NCBI GenBank assembly: GCA_963422645.2
Contig: CAXXVO010000008.1
Location: 128,001-192,000, forward strand
Direction of reading: 5' to 3'
DNA from: Alphaproteobacteria bacterium
GTDB taxonomy: Bacteria > Pseudomonadota > Alphaproteobacteria > UBA828
Length of the DNA stretch: 64,000 nt
Position numbers and translations under genes: made by a program
Part shown: piece after piece, positions 32,348 to 42,160 of the stretch
Position numbering within the stretch: the stretch's first letter is position 1
Layout of the letters: the number at the start of each line of letters is the position of its first letter
Notes under the pieces: generated by a model
Told to the model about the DNA's origin: nothing
Seen by the model: only the letters and a program-made list of their open reading frames with translations
Database searches by the model: none

Positions 32348-34831
32348 ATGGCGTCCTGGTTCGCGGCGGCGCCGCCGGTGCCGCACAGCTCGATCCATGC
32401 AGTCGCGGCGAAACTGTCCCGGATCGGCCAGCATGCGCCCGTGCCGCGGCTTCATCGCGTCGAGGAGCGCAGCGGTGCCCGGCCGGTGCCGGTGCTGACG
32501 CTCTACGGCTGCACGTACAGGCTGCCCCGATTTGTCCATGGCGATTGGCGCGGCACGGGCTACTCCGGCTCGGTCGTCTATCCGTTCGCCCGCCTGGAGA
32601 TCGCCTACGAGGGCGCCGTCACCCGGCTCCGTGCCGGGAGGGGAGACGACATTGCGGCGTCGGGCGACAACGGCTTCGCGGTGATACGGCGCGATCGTGC
32701 GCGCGAAGCGGCGTTCGAGGAGGCGTTACGGGAGGCGGCGAAGCGGTACGGCTACGAGGATCACGAATTGCTGCGCTACGATCACGCTCTGCCGCGCGAG
32801 TTGCGCGAAGCGGATATCGTCTTCCCGCCGGTGGGCGACGAAGACGACGCTGCGGGCGGATCCGGCATCGGTTTTGTCTCGCAGGCGGTTCCGCAGCTCC
32901 GCGCCGAGGGCTGGCGTGTCGAGATCGACGGGACGTGGCCGTTCCGCCTGTACGAGGGACCGGTCGCGTACTCGACTTCGCTCGAACCCCGGGGCTCCGA
33001 CTGGTTCTCGCTTCGCCTCTCGCTCGAGGCGAACGGCCGGAAGCTCGACATCGCGCCGATCGTCGTCCAACTCGTCGAGACCCTGCCGGTGGACGAATGG
33101 GGAGCACTGGAGGAAGGCTTCGACGTCGAGAGACATCTGACCGGCAGGGTTTTTCACAGCCGGTTCGAGGACGGAACGTGGCTTGCGATCAACGCGGCGC
33201 GGTTCGCGCGGTTCGCCGAGGCCTTTCTGGAAGCGCAGGGGCTGCTCGGTTTCCACCGGGCCGAGGCGGGCAGGCTGTTCGAGCTCGCCGAGGCGCTGGA
33301 GGGCTGCGGCGCGCCGTGGACCGGGGGACGGGAGATTCTCGATCTCGGCGCCCGTCTCCGGTCTCTCGCCGAGGCCCCGGAAGTGGCGGCTCCCGCCGCG
33401 TTGCGTGGAGAACTGCGCCCCTACCAGCGCGCGGGCTACGGCTGGCTGAGGGCGCTCTCCGAGAGTTGCTTCGGCGGCGTCCTTGCCGACGACATGGGCC
33501 TCGGCAAGACAGTGCAAACGCTCGCCCTGCTGGCGCACCGGCATCTGGAGGAGAAGGTCGCCCTCCCGAGCCTCCTGGTGGTGCCGACGAGCCTGGTTGG
33601 CAACTGGCGGCGCGAGGCCGCGCGCTTCGTGCCGGGCCTGAAGCTCCTGGTGCTTCACGGGCCCGACCGGCGGCATCGCTTTCCGGACATCCCCGACCAC
33701 CACCTCGTCGTCACGACCTATCCGCTGCTGAACCGGGACCATGAAGCGCTGTTCGGGCACGACTACGATACCGCCGTGCTGGACGAGGCGCAGGCGGTGA
33801 AGAACCCGGCGGCGGCCGTCTCGAAACGCATCCGGGAGATTCGCGCCCGCCAGCGTCTGGCGCTGACCGGGACGCCGCTGGAAAACAACCTCCAGGAGCT
33901 GTGGGCGCTTTACGACTGGCTGGTGCCGGGCCTGCTCGGCAATCGCAAGAGGTTTACGGCGGAGTTCCGCACGCCGATCGAGAAGCACGGCGACCGTGCC
34001 AGGCAGCGGCTGCTTGCGGCCCGGATCAAGCCCTTCCTGATGCGGCGCACCAAGGAAGAGGTCGCCCCCGAGCTGCCGGAAAAGACGGTCATCGACGAGC
34101 TGGTCCCGCTCGAAGGCGCCCAGGCCGCGCTCTACGAGAGCATCAGGACGGCGATGGACAAGCGGATCCGCGAGACGATCGCCGCGCAAGGCCTGACGGC
34201 ATCGCAAATGGCGATTTTCGAGGCGCTGCTCAAGCTGCGCCAGGTCTGCTGCGACCCGGGCCTGGTGAAGCTCGACGCCGCCCGCAAGGTCACCGCGAGC
34301 GCCAAGCGGGCGCGGCTTCTCGCGCTGCTCGAGGATCTGGTCGCCGAGGGGCGCAAGGTGCTGGTCTTCTCCCAGTTCGTGGAGATGCTGAAGCTGATCG
34401 AGCGGGACATCGCCGCGCGCGGCTGGGGCTACGCCATGCTGCACGGTTCGACGAAGGACCGGGACGGCCAGATCGCGGCGTTCCAGACCGGGGACCTGCC
34501 GCTCTTCCTGGTGAGCCTGAAGGCCGGCGGTACGGGCCTCAACCTGACCGCGGCCGACACCGTCATTGTCTACGATCCCTGGTGGAACCCGGCGGTGGAG
34601 CGCCAGGCCATGGACCGGGCGCATCGGATCGGCCAGGACAAGCCGGTATTCGTTCATCGGCTGATTGCCGAGAACACCGTCGAGGCCGCCATCCAGCGCA
34701 TGCAGGCGCGCAAGCAGGGCCTGGCCGACGCGCTGTTCGAAGGCACGGGCCGGGGGCCGCTGGGGCTGACGGGTGAGGATATCGACGCGCTGTTCGGGCC
34801 GGCGCAAACGGTTTCCCCCACCGGCCCGTGA
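32348..34831 (+). CDS. SNF2-family helicase/ATPase, probably 5'-truncated by element 1
   Basis: LRPYQ, LADDMGLGKT, LDEAQ, LTGTPLEN, GGTGLNL, QAMDRAHRIGQ; ORF begins 5 bp after the element end. Confidence 0.88.
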   Translation: MASWFAAAPPVPHSSIHAVAAKLSRIGQHAPVPRLHRVEERSGARPVPVLTLYGCTYRLPRFVHGDWRGTGYSGSVVYPFARLEIAYEGAVTRLRAGRGDDIAASGDNGFAVIRRDRAREAAFEEALREAAKRYGYEDHELLRYDHALPRELREADIVFPPVGDEDDAAGGSGIGFVSQAVPQLRAEGWRVEIDGTWPFRLYEGPVAYSTSLEPRGSDWFSLRLSLEANGRKLDIAPIVVQLVETLPVDEWGALEEGFDVERHLTGRVFHSRFEDGTWLAINAARFARFAEAFLEAQGLLGFHRAEAGRLFELAEALEGCGAPWTGGREILDLGARLRSLAEAPEVAAPAALRGELRPYQRAGYGWLRALSESCFGGVLADDMGLGKTVQTLALLAHRHLEEKVALPSLLVVPTSLVGNWRREAARFVPGLKLLVLHGPDRRHRFPDIPDHHLVVTTYPLLNRDHEALFGHDYDTAVLDEAQAVKNPAAAVSKRIREIRARQRLALTGTPLENNLQELWALYDWLVPGLLGNRKRFTAEFRTPIEKHGDRARQRLLAARIKPFLMRRTKEEVAPELPEKTVIDELVPLEGAQAALYESIRTAMDKRIRETIAAQGLTASQMAIFEALLKLRQVCCDPGLVKLDAARKVTASAKRARLLALLEDLVAEGRKVLVFSQFVEMLKLIERDIAARGWGYAMLHGSTKDRDGQIAAFQTGDLPLFLVSLKAGGTGLNLTAADTVIVYDPWWNPAVERQAMDRAHRIGQDKPVFVHRLIAENTVEAAIQRMQARKQGLADALFEGTGRGPLGLTGEDIDALFGPAQTVSPTGP

Positions 34832-34870
34832 ACGCGGTAGAAAAGCGTCGCGGGGATGAGGAGATCGGGC

Positions 34871-35144
34871 ATGGAGCAGACGATGGAGCGCCGCTGGCAC
34901 GAGGTCTGGAGGGAACAGTGCGAGGCGGCCGAAACGATCCGGCTCAGACACGGCGTCGGGTCGGCCTTCGACTATGCGATCGGCGAGAAGCTGCTCAGCT
35001 TCGCGGAGGCGGCGGAGGAACACCCCGAGTTCGCGCGGGCATTGCCGCAGTTCGTCTCGGAGCTCAGACGCATGTTCACCCCCGAGGAAATCGAAGAGCA
35101 CCTGGCGCGGATCGAGAATGAGCGTCTCCAGCGGACTATGGACA
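34871..35144 (+). pseudogene. Small conserved hypothetical protein (paralog of 46859-47236), 3'-truncated
   Basis: RWHEVWREQCEAA...AFDYAIGEKLLSFA matches the paralog; the frame then runs antisense through the antitoxin. Confidence 0.65.
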
Positions 35145-35151
35145 CAGTACC

Positions 35152-35433
35152 TCACAGCCTCTCTTCCCGATCTTCCTTCAGCGCATCCGAAATGCTCCCG
35201 GGCAACTCCAGCGGCGGCTCTTCCAGGATCGCGGTGCTCGCGCCGCTGCCCGGCTTCAACAGTCCGTTCCTCACCAGCCGCTCTCGCATTCGGTCCTCGC
35301 ATTGCGCAGCTGGAGGGACGAGCCGCGCGACCACCGCACCCCGATCCTGAACCTGAACTTCGCCGCCGTGCTGGGCCTCACGCACGTATTGCGTGAGGTT
35401 CGAATGAAATTCTGAAACCGACACCACCCTCAT
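35152..35433 (-). CDS. Phd/YefM-family antitoxin
   Basis: MRVVSVSEFHSNLTQYVREAQHGGEVQVQDRGAVVARLVP. Confidence 0.8.
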   Translation of the reverse strand: MRVVSVSEFHSNLTQYVREAQHGGEVQVQDRGAVVARLVPPAAQCEDRMRERLVRNGLLKPGSGASTAILEEPPLELPGSISDALKEDREERL

Positions 35434-35798
35434 GTGCTGATTCCTCCGTCCATCTTGCCGCAACCCGATGCGCAATGTGGCCGTTGGGGAACCCCGGGAT
35501 CCGTTTCCCGGCCTGCCCGGAATTCCCGCCACAGCCCAAGCGCGAGATCGAACTTGCCATCCGTGAGTGCGACCGTCGCGCGTACGGCGATGGAAGCGGG
35601 TGAGCGGTGCAGTGTGCACGCCCTCTCCGCAAGCGCCCGCGCTTCGTCGCTGCGGCCGCTTCGGATGGCGGCTGACGCCCGCCGCCGGCAACCGGCGGCG
35701 GCCCGCTCGACGGCGAGCACCTGGCGAAGGTCGGTCTGGCAGCGATGGCATGACGGGCCGTCAACCCGCTTCGCGCCGCAAGTCGGGCAGCAGTGCAA
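35430..35798 (-). CDS. Small double zinc-ribbon / TPR-like protein
   Basis: CPTCG...CHRCQTDL followed by Ala-rich helices; last gene of the Hsp70 cassette. Confidence 0.6.
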   Translation of the reverse strand: MHCCPTCGAKRVDGPSCHRCQTDLRQVLAVERAAAGCRRRASAAIRSGRSDEARALAERACTLHRSPASIAVRATVALTDGKFDLALGLWREFRAGRETDPGVPQRPHCASGCGKMDGGIST

Positions 35799-35803
35799 GG
35801 GGC

Positions 35804-37567
35804 CTACTCCAGGTAGAAGAGGATTTCGTCGAGGTTCTGTCTGATCGCGGCGGCGTCCTCGGCCTGGCTCTCTCTATCCGCGGCGCGCAAGCGCTCGATC
35901 AGTACGGCTATCTCCTCGCGGTCCTCCTCCGGGGCGGTGTCGAGCGCCAGTTCGGCCCGCTCCAGGGTATCCTGGACCGTGCCCGAGCCATCCGCCGGCG
36001 CGGCAGGCTCGGCGCCGGCGCTCTCCCCGGCTGCCGCCTGCTCGCCCCAGAGCCCCTCGATCCGCTCCTTCGCGGCGGCCAGGTCCTCACCGCTGGAGCG
36101 GCCCGTCGCGTTCTCTACCACGCCGTGAACCTCGCGCCCCGTGCCCCGCTCCACCGCATGCACATTCAAGAGCCCGTCGAGATCGAGATGGTATGTGAAC
36201 AGAAGTCCCTGATCGTATGCCGAGCGGTGCCGGTTCAGCCCGGCGAAGCGGAACGAACCGATCTCCACGTTCTTCAGCGCGTCCGGGTCCTCCCCCTGGT
36301 AGACCTTGATCTCCACCGCTTCCTGCTCCTCGAATACGGTGAAGAAGGCTTCCGTCCGGGTCGCCGGAAGCTTGGTGTTGCGCCGGATGATGGGAACGAA
36401 CTGGTGCGCATAGGGCAGGCCGTGAAGTTTCCCCAGCGTGCTGGTCCCGAAGGTGTAGGGCGTGATGTCGACCAGCACCGCGTGCATGTCCCGGCCCATC
36501 TCGATCCCGGCCTGCACTGCTGCGCCCAGCGCAACGCACAGGTCGGGATCCACCTCGCCGTGGGGCTCCTGTCCCAGCCTCTCCGCGAGCAGTTGCGCGA
36601 TGCGGGGTATGCGCGTGGACCCGCCCACCATTAGAATGCGGTCGAGCTGGCTCGGGCGCACGTCCGCGTCGTTCAGCGCCGTGGTCACCGACTGCATGGT
36701 CCGGGCGAGCGGCTCTTCGATGTCCTGCTCGAACTCCAGGCGGCTCAACTCGCAGGAAAGATGCCTGGCCTCGCCGCCGGCCGACGCTACGTGGTCCTCC
36801 TCCACGTTCACATAGGGTTGGCTCGAGAGCTCGATCTTGGCCGCCTCGGCCGCCCGCCGCAGCCGCGCCTGCAGAACCCGGTCGCCCTGAGCGCCGTCGA
36901 TGCCGAGTTCGCTCTCGACGCGCTCGTTGAGGCGATCGGCGACGATCCTGTCGAAGTCGTCCCCGCCCAGACGGTTGTCCCCGGTCGACGCCAGCACCTC
37001 GACCACGCCTTCCTCGATCGACACCACCGAGACGTCGAAGGTCCCGCCGCCGAGGTCGTAGACCAGGATCGTGCGGCTGCCCTCGCTGAGGCTCTCGTAG
37101 CTGAGCGCCGCAGCCGTCGGCTCGTTGATGATCCGCACCACCTCCATCCCGGCAATCTCGCCCGCTTCCCGGGTCGCCTGCCGCTGCGCGTCGGTGAAGT
37201 AGGCGGGCACCGTAATCACCGCCTTCTGCACGCCGTGGCCCAGGGCGCGTTCCGCCCGTTCCCTCAGCGCCTTGAGGATGAACGCAGAGATCTCCTGCGG
37301 CGTGTACTCCTCCTCACCCATACTCACCCGCTCGCCGGTGCCCATCAGGCGTTTGACGGAAAGCACCGTCCGCTCGGGCGCGGCGGCCCACTGGTTGCGC
37401 GCCTGGCGCCCGACGATGACGCTGCCCGCCTCGTCAACCCCGACGCACGAAGGCAGAATCGCCTCACCGTCCTCGCGGACGACTTCCGGCCTCCCGTCCG
37501 AGAGAATCGCCACCTCGGAGTTGGTCGTGCCCAGGTCAATGCCGATGATCGTATCGGATCCCATCAA
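35804..37567 (-). CDS. Hsp70-family (DnaK-like) protein, non-housekeeping
   Basis: IGIDLGTTNS, TVPAYF, INEPTAAAL, YDLGGGTFDVS, VGGSTRIP; 587 aa with a short C-terminus. Confidence 0.92.
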   Translation of the reverse strand: MMGSDTIIGIDLGTTNSEVAILSDGRPEVVREDGEAILPSCVGVDEAGSVIVGRQARNQWAAAPERTVLSVKRLMGTGERVSMGEEEYTPQEISAFILKALRERAERALGHGVQKAVITVPAYFTDAQRQATREAGEIAGMEVVRIINEPTAAALSYESLSEGSRTILVYDLGGGTFDVSVVSIEEGVVEVLASTGDNRLGGDDFDRIVADRLNERVESELGIDGAQGDRVLQARLRRAAEAAKIELSSQPYVNVEEDHVASAGGEARHLSCELSRLEFEQDIEEPLARTMQSVTTALNDADVRPSQLDRILMVGGSTRIPRIAQLLAERLGQEPHGEVDPDLCVALGAAVQAGIEMGRDMHAVLVDITPYTFGTSTLGKLHGLPYAHQFVPIIRRNTKLPATRTEAFFTVFEEQEAVEIKVYQGEDPDALKNVEIGSFRFAGLNRHRSAYDQGLLFTYHLDLDGLLNVHAVERGTGREVHGVVENATGRSSGEDLAAAKERIEGLWGEQAAAGESAGAEPAAPADGSGTVQDTLERAELALDTAPEEDREEIAVLIERLRAADRESQAEDAAAIRQNLDEILFYLE

Positions 37568-38238
37568 ATTCGCTCCTGCGTGTCATTGCGGTTCACGGCT
37601 ACATCGGCGAGGCGCAGAACGACCTCATCCCGCGTGTATCCGCCGAGCAGCTCCTCGACCACCATACCGTTCTCGACCCGCTCGACCCGGCGCACTTCCG
37701 CCGCATGCATGGTGCGCGCATCGAAGGGCTCCCCGGCGGTCTGCACGCGCCGCACCCCGAACCCGGACAGTATCCGGTCGAAACGCCTGAGCGCCATCTC
37801 GTAGCCTTCCGCGACACCGCGGATGCCACGAGGCGGGCGCCGGAACAGTCCCGGGCGCTCGCGCAGCTCCGTCGCCGCTTCCAGGCCCCGCGCAAGGGCA
37901 TCGCGCACCTCGAGGACGGAGCGCAGGCAGCGGTTCTCGGCCTCGCGCGAAACCCGCCTCTCCAACGCCGCCAGGTCGTCCTCGCGCCGCTTCATCGACG
38001 CTGCCGCGCCGTCGTAGCGCGCCGCCGCCTGCGCAAGCTCCCGCCCCGCCTTCGACTGCTCGCGGTTCTGAAGCCGGATTTCCTGGCGCAGTGCAGCCAG
38101 TTCGGCAAACAGGTCGTGCAGATCGGGCGCCGGCGGCGCCCCGTTCTCCACGTCCCCGGATTCATCACCCAACTCGTCCAGCCAGCGCCCGAAGTCCTCC
38201 AGGGCCCGGCGTTTCCATCCGTCGCCCGGCTCACTCAT
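37564..38238 (-). CDS. GrpE-like nucleotide exchange factor
   Basis: Coiled coil, GEPFDARTMHA, GY....VLRLADVAV C-terminal pattern. Confidence 0.85.
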   Translation of the reverse strand: MSEPGDGWKRRALEDFGRWLDELGDESGDVENGAPPAPDLHDLFAELAALRQEIRLQNREQSKAGRELAQAAARYDGAAASMKRREDDLAALERRVSREAENRCLRSVLEVRDALARGLEAATELRERPGLFRRPPRGIRGVAEGYEMALRRFDRILSGFGVRRVQTAGEPFDARTMHAAEVRRVERVENGMVVEELLGGYTRDEVVLRLADVAVNRNDTQERI

Positions 38239-38536
38239 CCTGCAGGCCTTCCGCCGCAATCAGCGTCTTCAGGCCGGGTATCGTACGCCGCCGGGGGCGT
38301 GCCTCGACCAGCGCGGCCAGCGCAAGCTCGAAATCGCCGTGCTGCGCCATCCCGAACAGCGCGGTCTCGACACGGGCGCGATCGTCCTTCAGCGCCTCGT
38401 AGGCCGCGACGATCCGTTGGCTGTACTCCGGCTCCCGGCTCGGCGGATGCGCCCGGATCAGCGCCAGATAGCGACGCCGGACATCCTCCCGGGAAGCCGA
38501 GGGGGAGAGCCCAAGAGCAAGATAGTGGGCCAGCAT
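38231..38536 (-). CDS. J-domain-like protein (HPP in place of HPD)
   Basis: HYLALGLSPSASREDVRRRYLALIRAHPP...AAYEAL. Confidence 0.8.
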   Translation of the reverse strand: MLAHYLALGLSPSASREDVRRRYLALIRAHPPSREPEYSQRIVAAYEALKDDRARVETALFGMAQHGDFELALAALVEARPRRRTIPGLKTLIAAEGLQDE

Positions 38537-38539
38537 CGC

Positions 38540-41281
38540 CTATGCGCCCAGACGCCGCCGGCGCCCGTATGCGCGCGGGAAAAGGAAGATGCGCGCCTCC
38601 CGCGTCAGCCCCCCGCGCAGGCCGGCTTCCTCGCACTTGCGCGCGGCCCGGTCCAGATTGTGACGGATCTCCGGCTCGACTCTCGCAAACTCCGCCAACT
38701 CCCTGAGCAGGGGAGAGGGAACGCCCCGAAGCTCGTGCCTGTCGATCAGGCTCTCCAGGGCATCGAGCTCCTCCATCGCCTCGCCGTCGAACAGCATGCC
38801 CTGTCTCGGCTCGTTCGCAGTTCCCTTGCCGAGGCCGGGCCTCAGCGCGTCCATGAATGCTTCGAGCGACGGCCCTTCGTCCTCCAGGTCCTCCTCAGGT
38901 TCCACCAGTGCGTCCAGCAGGCTCGACAACGGCGGGGGAAGGTCATCGCCGAACACAGGCCCGAACGGATCCAGAACCCCGAAGTCCAGGGTCTGCAGGG
39001 CCTCGCGCAGCACGCCGCTCGCGCCGCGCGCAAGCCGCTCTGCCCCCGCCCGCAAGCGTTTGCGGTCGGACGGCGCCGCCGCGTCCAGTGCTTCCTCGAA
39101 ACGCCTGGAATCGTAGTCGTCTCCCTCCTGGTAGCGGATCACCGCGAGGTAAAGGAGAAGCACAGGGTCCCGCCCGGCCTTCTTTTCTCCGGACAGCCGG
39201 CGATTGATCTCCGCGCGCACCGCCTCCCGCCCGCCGCAGCCCATCAAAATGTCGAAGACATCGAGCAGCCCCTCGTCCCTCTGCTTGCGCATGATCGCGC
39301 CCCACCAGTCGAACAGGACCGGCGCGACGTGAAGACGGCCGTAGAGGATACGGAGATCGGCCGGCTGGGGAGCGAGCAGCCCCGCCGCAGCATCCGCATC
39401 GAGCTCGCCGATCAGCGGTGCCTTGAGCGTCAGAAGCCCCCGCACGGCGCTCGCCATGTCCGGCGTCACGTTCTTGATGTTCCTGTTGGCATCCAGCTCG
39501 TGAAGCAGCAGCGCCAGCGTCCTGATCTGGCCGGCAGCGGCAAGGCCCTCCAGATGAGGAGCCACCGTCTCGGCGGCGTCCCGGCCCGACGACACAACCT
39601 CCAGCACAAGGCGCTTCGAGGCCACTATGCCTGTAAGCCCGGCGCGGCCCAGGGCCTCGGCCCGCTCCAGATCCCGCGCCGCCATCTCGAACCGCCCGCT
39701 CTTGCGGCTCTGGTCCGACGACTTGAGAAAGCCCACCGCCTGAAGATCGACGATGCGCTCATCGTGCGGCGCGCAGCGCCGGGCCTCGGCCAGGGCCTGC
39801 TCGGCCTTGCGGTAGGCGTTGCCGGAGTAGTGCAGCGTGGCCAGCTCGAGCCAGGGCTCGGCGTCGTCGGGAAAACGCAACGCCATGTCCTGCAGGACGC
39901 GGCCCTGCCTCGCCTTGTTCTCCCTGCCGCCGCTCAGCAGTTCCACCAGGAAACGGTATCCTTCCCGGTTGTCGGGAGCCGACGCCAGGCTCGCCTCCAT
40001 CAGATCGGCAAACAGCGTCCCGGTCTCGATGCGCGAGACATCCAGAAGCCCGCACAGCGCCCTCTCCATGGGGGGAGGCAGGAACTCGGGCTGGACGGTC
40101 CGATGCCCGGCTCGGGCCAGGGCCTCGAAGACGCGGCCCTTGACCAGCGACCGATCCCCGGCCCGGGGAAACTCTGTCGAAAGACGGCCAAAGAGGGTCA
40201 CCGCCGCCCGGGGATCCCACGAGTCCAGCGACGCCTTCTGGAGAACCAGTCCGATCCTGGCCAGCACCCCCGGAACCCGCCTGCCCGGCAGAAGCTGCTG
40301 CGCAAGCCCCTCGACCGTGCGCAAGGAAAGACGGCTCCGAGCGGTGGCAAGGCCCGCGACCTGCACCAGATCGACCAGTGCCGGCAAGGGATCCTCCGGG
40401 CAGAGAGCGTCGGCCAGGCGGTTCATCAGCCGTTCGATCGCGCGCGGGCGTTCGTTGCTGCGCAGAGCCTGGCGCAACTCGTCCCCCAGCGCGGCCACCG
40501 CCGCGCCGTCCGTCCCCAGCGCCCGTTGCGTCCGCGCCGACCCACCCTTGACACCGGAGCCGCTCACCCCCTTCAACTCGGCAACGGTGTCGGTGAGAAC
40601 GAAGCCGGGAGGCAGCAGCGCAAGTGCCCGGCGCAGCCCTTCGTCGTCGCCCGCCCCGAAACACGCCATGGCCTTGCAGAATATGCGCCAGCCTGCGAAC
40701 GGCGATCGCCGGGGCAGACCGCGCAGCAAGTCGGACGCGCGTGCCCATTCCCCGGCGTCCATCGCCTCCAGGCTGCGCATGACGTGGCCAGCGTCCCGCC
40801 GGAGCGCATGGCCCTCGTCGAGGACCTCCAGCGCCTCCCAGCGTCGCCGGACCACGAGCCGGTCGGCCAGAGACCTCTCGGCCCCGGCGATCGTCGGTCC
40901 CGCTTTCAGGTGCGCCGCATAGGCCGCCACCGCGTCGCCCGCGTCAAGGTGGTCGAAATAACGCAACAGGTCGTCCTCACCGAGCGTCTCCGGGAGTATG
41001 GACGCGCGGTGAGCCGCAGCCCGCGCGCGCATGGAAGCCGCCTCTCTCCGCTGCCCCCTCTCCGCCAGTTCCCGGGAACGCTGGATGAAGGCGCAGAAGT
41101 GTAGGAGCGCCCACTCCTCCAGATCGCCCTCCTTGTCCTGTATCCGCTTTAGCCGTTCGAGGGCACCGCGGGCGTCGCCCTTGGCCAACAGCCGCCGGGC
41201 CTGCTCCAGCAGCTCGCTGGTCGAGACCCTGCCCGACCGTTTCCGCCTGCGCTTCCTTCGGCTGTGCTTCCCCGACGCCAT
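38540..41281 (-). CDS. Large helical/TPR-like hypothetical protein (~913 aa)
   Basis: Long ORF co-oriented and closely spaced with the J-domain gene; TPR-like segment FPDDAEPWLELATLHY...AEQALAEARRCAPHD. Confidence 0.7.
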   Translation of the reverse strand: MASGKHSRRKRRRKRSGRVSTSELLEQARRLLAKGDARGALERLKRIQDKEGDLEEWALLHFCAFIQRSRELAERGQRREAASMRARAAAHRASILPETLGEDDLLRYFDHLDAGDAVAAYAAHLKAGPTIAGAERSLADRLVVRRRWEALEVLDEGHALRRDAGHVMRSLEAMDAGEWARASDLLRGLPRRSPFAGWRIFCKAMACFGAGDDEGLRRALALLPPGFVLTDTVAELKGVSGSGVKGGSARTQRALGTDGAAVAALGDELRQALRSNERPRAIERLMNRLADALCPEDPLPALVDLVQVAGLATARSRLSLRTVEGLAQQLLPGRRVPGVLARIGLVLQKASLDSWDPRAAVTLFGRLSTEFPRAGDRSLVKGRVFEALARAGHRTVQPEFLPPPMERALCGLLDVSRIETGTLFADLMEASLASAPDNREGYRFLVELLSGGRENKARQGRVLQDMALRFPDDAEPWLELATLHYSGNAYRKAEQALAEARRCAPHDERIVDLQAVGFLKSSDQSRKSGRFEMAARDLERAEALGRAGLTGIVASKRLVLEVVSSGRDAAETVAPHLEGLAAAGQIRTLALLLHELDANRNIKNVTPDMASAVRGLLTLKAPLIGELDADAAAGLLAPQPADLRILYGRLHVAPVLFDWWGAIMRKQRDEGLLDVFDILMGCGGREAVRAEINRRLSGEKKAGRDPVLLLYLAVIRYQEGDDYDSRRFEEALDAAAPSDRKRLRAGAERLARGASGVLREALQTLDFGVLDPFGPVFGDDLPPPLSSLLDALVEPEEDLEDEGPSLEAFMDALRPGLGKGTANEPRQGMLFDGEAMEELDALESLIDRHELRGVPSPLLRELAEFARVEPEIRHNLDRAARKCEEAGLRGGLTREARIFLFPRAYGRRRRLGA

Positions 41282-42160
41282 GCCCGCTTTCCCCAACGCG
41301 CCCTCAACGATCCAGGTTGATCAGAGAATATCGGCAAAGCCGCCGGCAGGGACCTCCCCGCGGAAAGCCCGGAGCCGTAGAACCGTCGACGCCCCAGGCA
41401 TCATGCACGTCGTCACGACCCCTCTCCCTCGCCAATCCGCCCGGCAATCATCCCCCGACAATCATCCATCTAACGCGTTGCGTCTCTGCCCGCCTGCGGC
41501 GGTTCCGGCAGGCAGGACATCCGACGACAATATCTGCCACCACGTCGCAACAGTACGCAAGGGTCAAGGCTCACGGCAAATTCGTTCTCGGCGCTGAGAT
41601 CGAAGCCCCATCCGTGTACTGCATTGATCCAACAGCAGCTTTCGGACGAGCGCGTCGGTTTTGAAGAGAAGATGACGTTCACGGTAATCGGTTGATTTTA
41701 TGATGATTTCTCGAATGAATAAATCAGCCCTGGGTCAAGGCTGCAGGCACGCTCTACGGTGAGCGTGCGCAATGCAGAGACCCGGTGCCGCAACGCCCGC
41801 GCCAGGTCCAAGTGTCGATGACTGTCCAAGACGCGCATGTTCTGAGATCCGCACATGAGCTTCTTGACGTTACAGCAGCCGGGAAAGTTCACAGCGCAAC
41901 TGTCGGTTGCGGGTTAGTAAGGTAATCTTCGCATGCCTTTCAGTAAGTACGGGATTCCGCTCTACGTCAGCCGCACGCGTATGTGCGCAGAATCTGTCTA
42001 AGTAGCTTTATGAATACCGCTTTCCCTTGTCCCCACGAGCGCTTTCCGTATTGCATTCCCTACTGCCATGCGCTTCAATACGCACCGGTTCGATGTCAGT
42101 CGCTTGCTTGGTGCTTACGAATGCGGCCCGGCCGACAAGACGTCGAAAATTCGCCACCCC

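Noticed and set aside
35804-37567. Housekeeping dnaK
   Set aside because: Short, divergent substrate-binding and lid region, atypical partners, and island location.
41400-42100. AT-richer stretch with short ORFs
   Set aside because: No recognisable motif; possibly a gene remnant or integrase control region, but unsupported.
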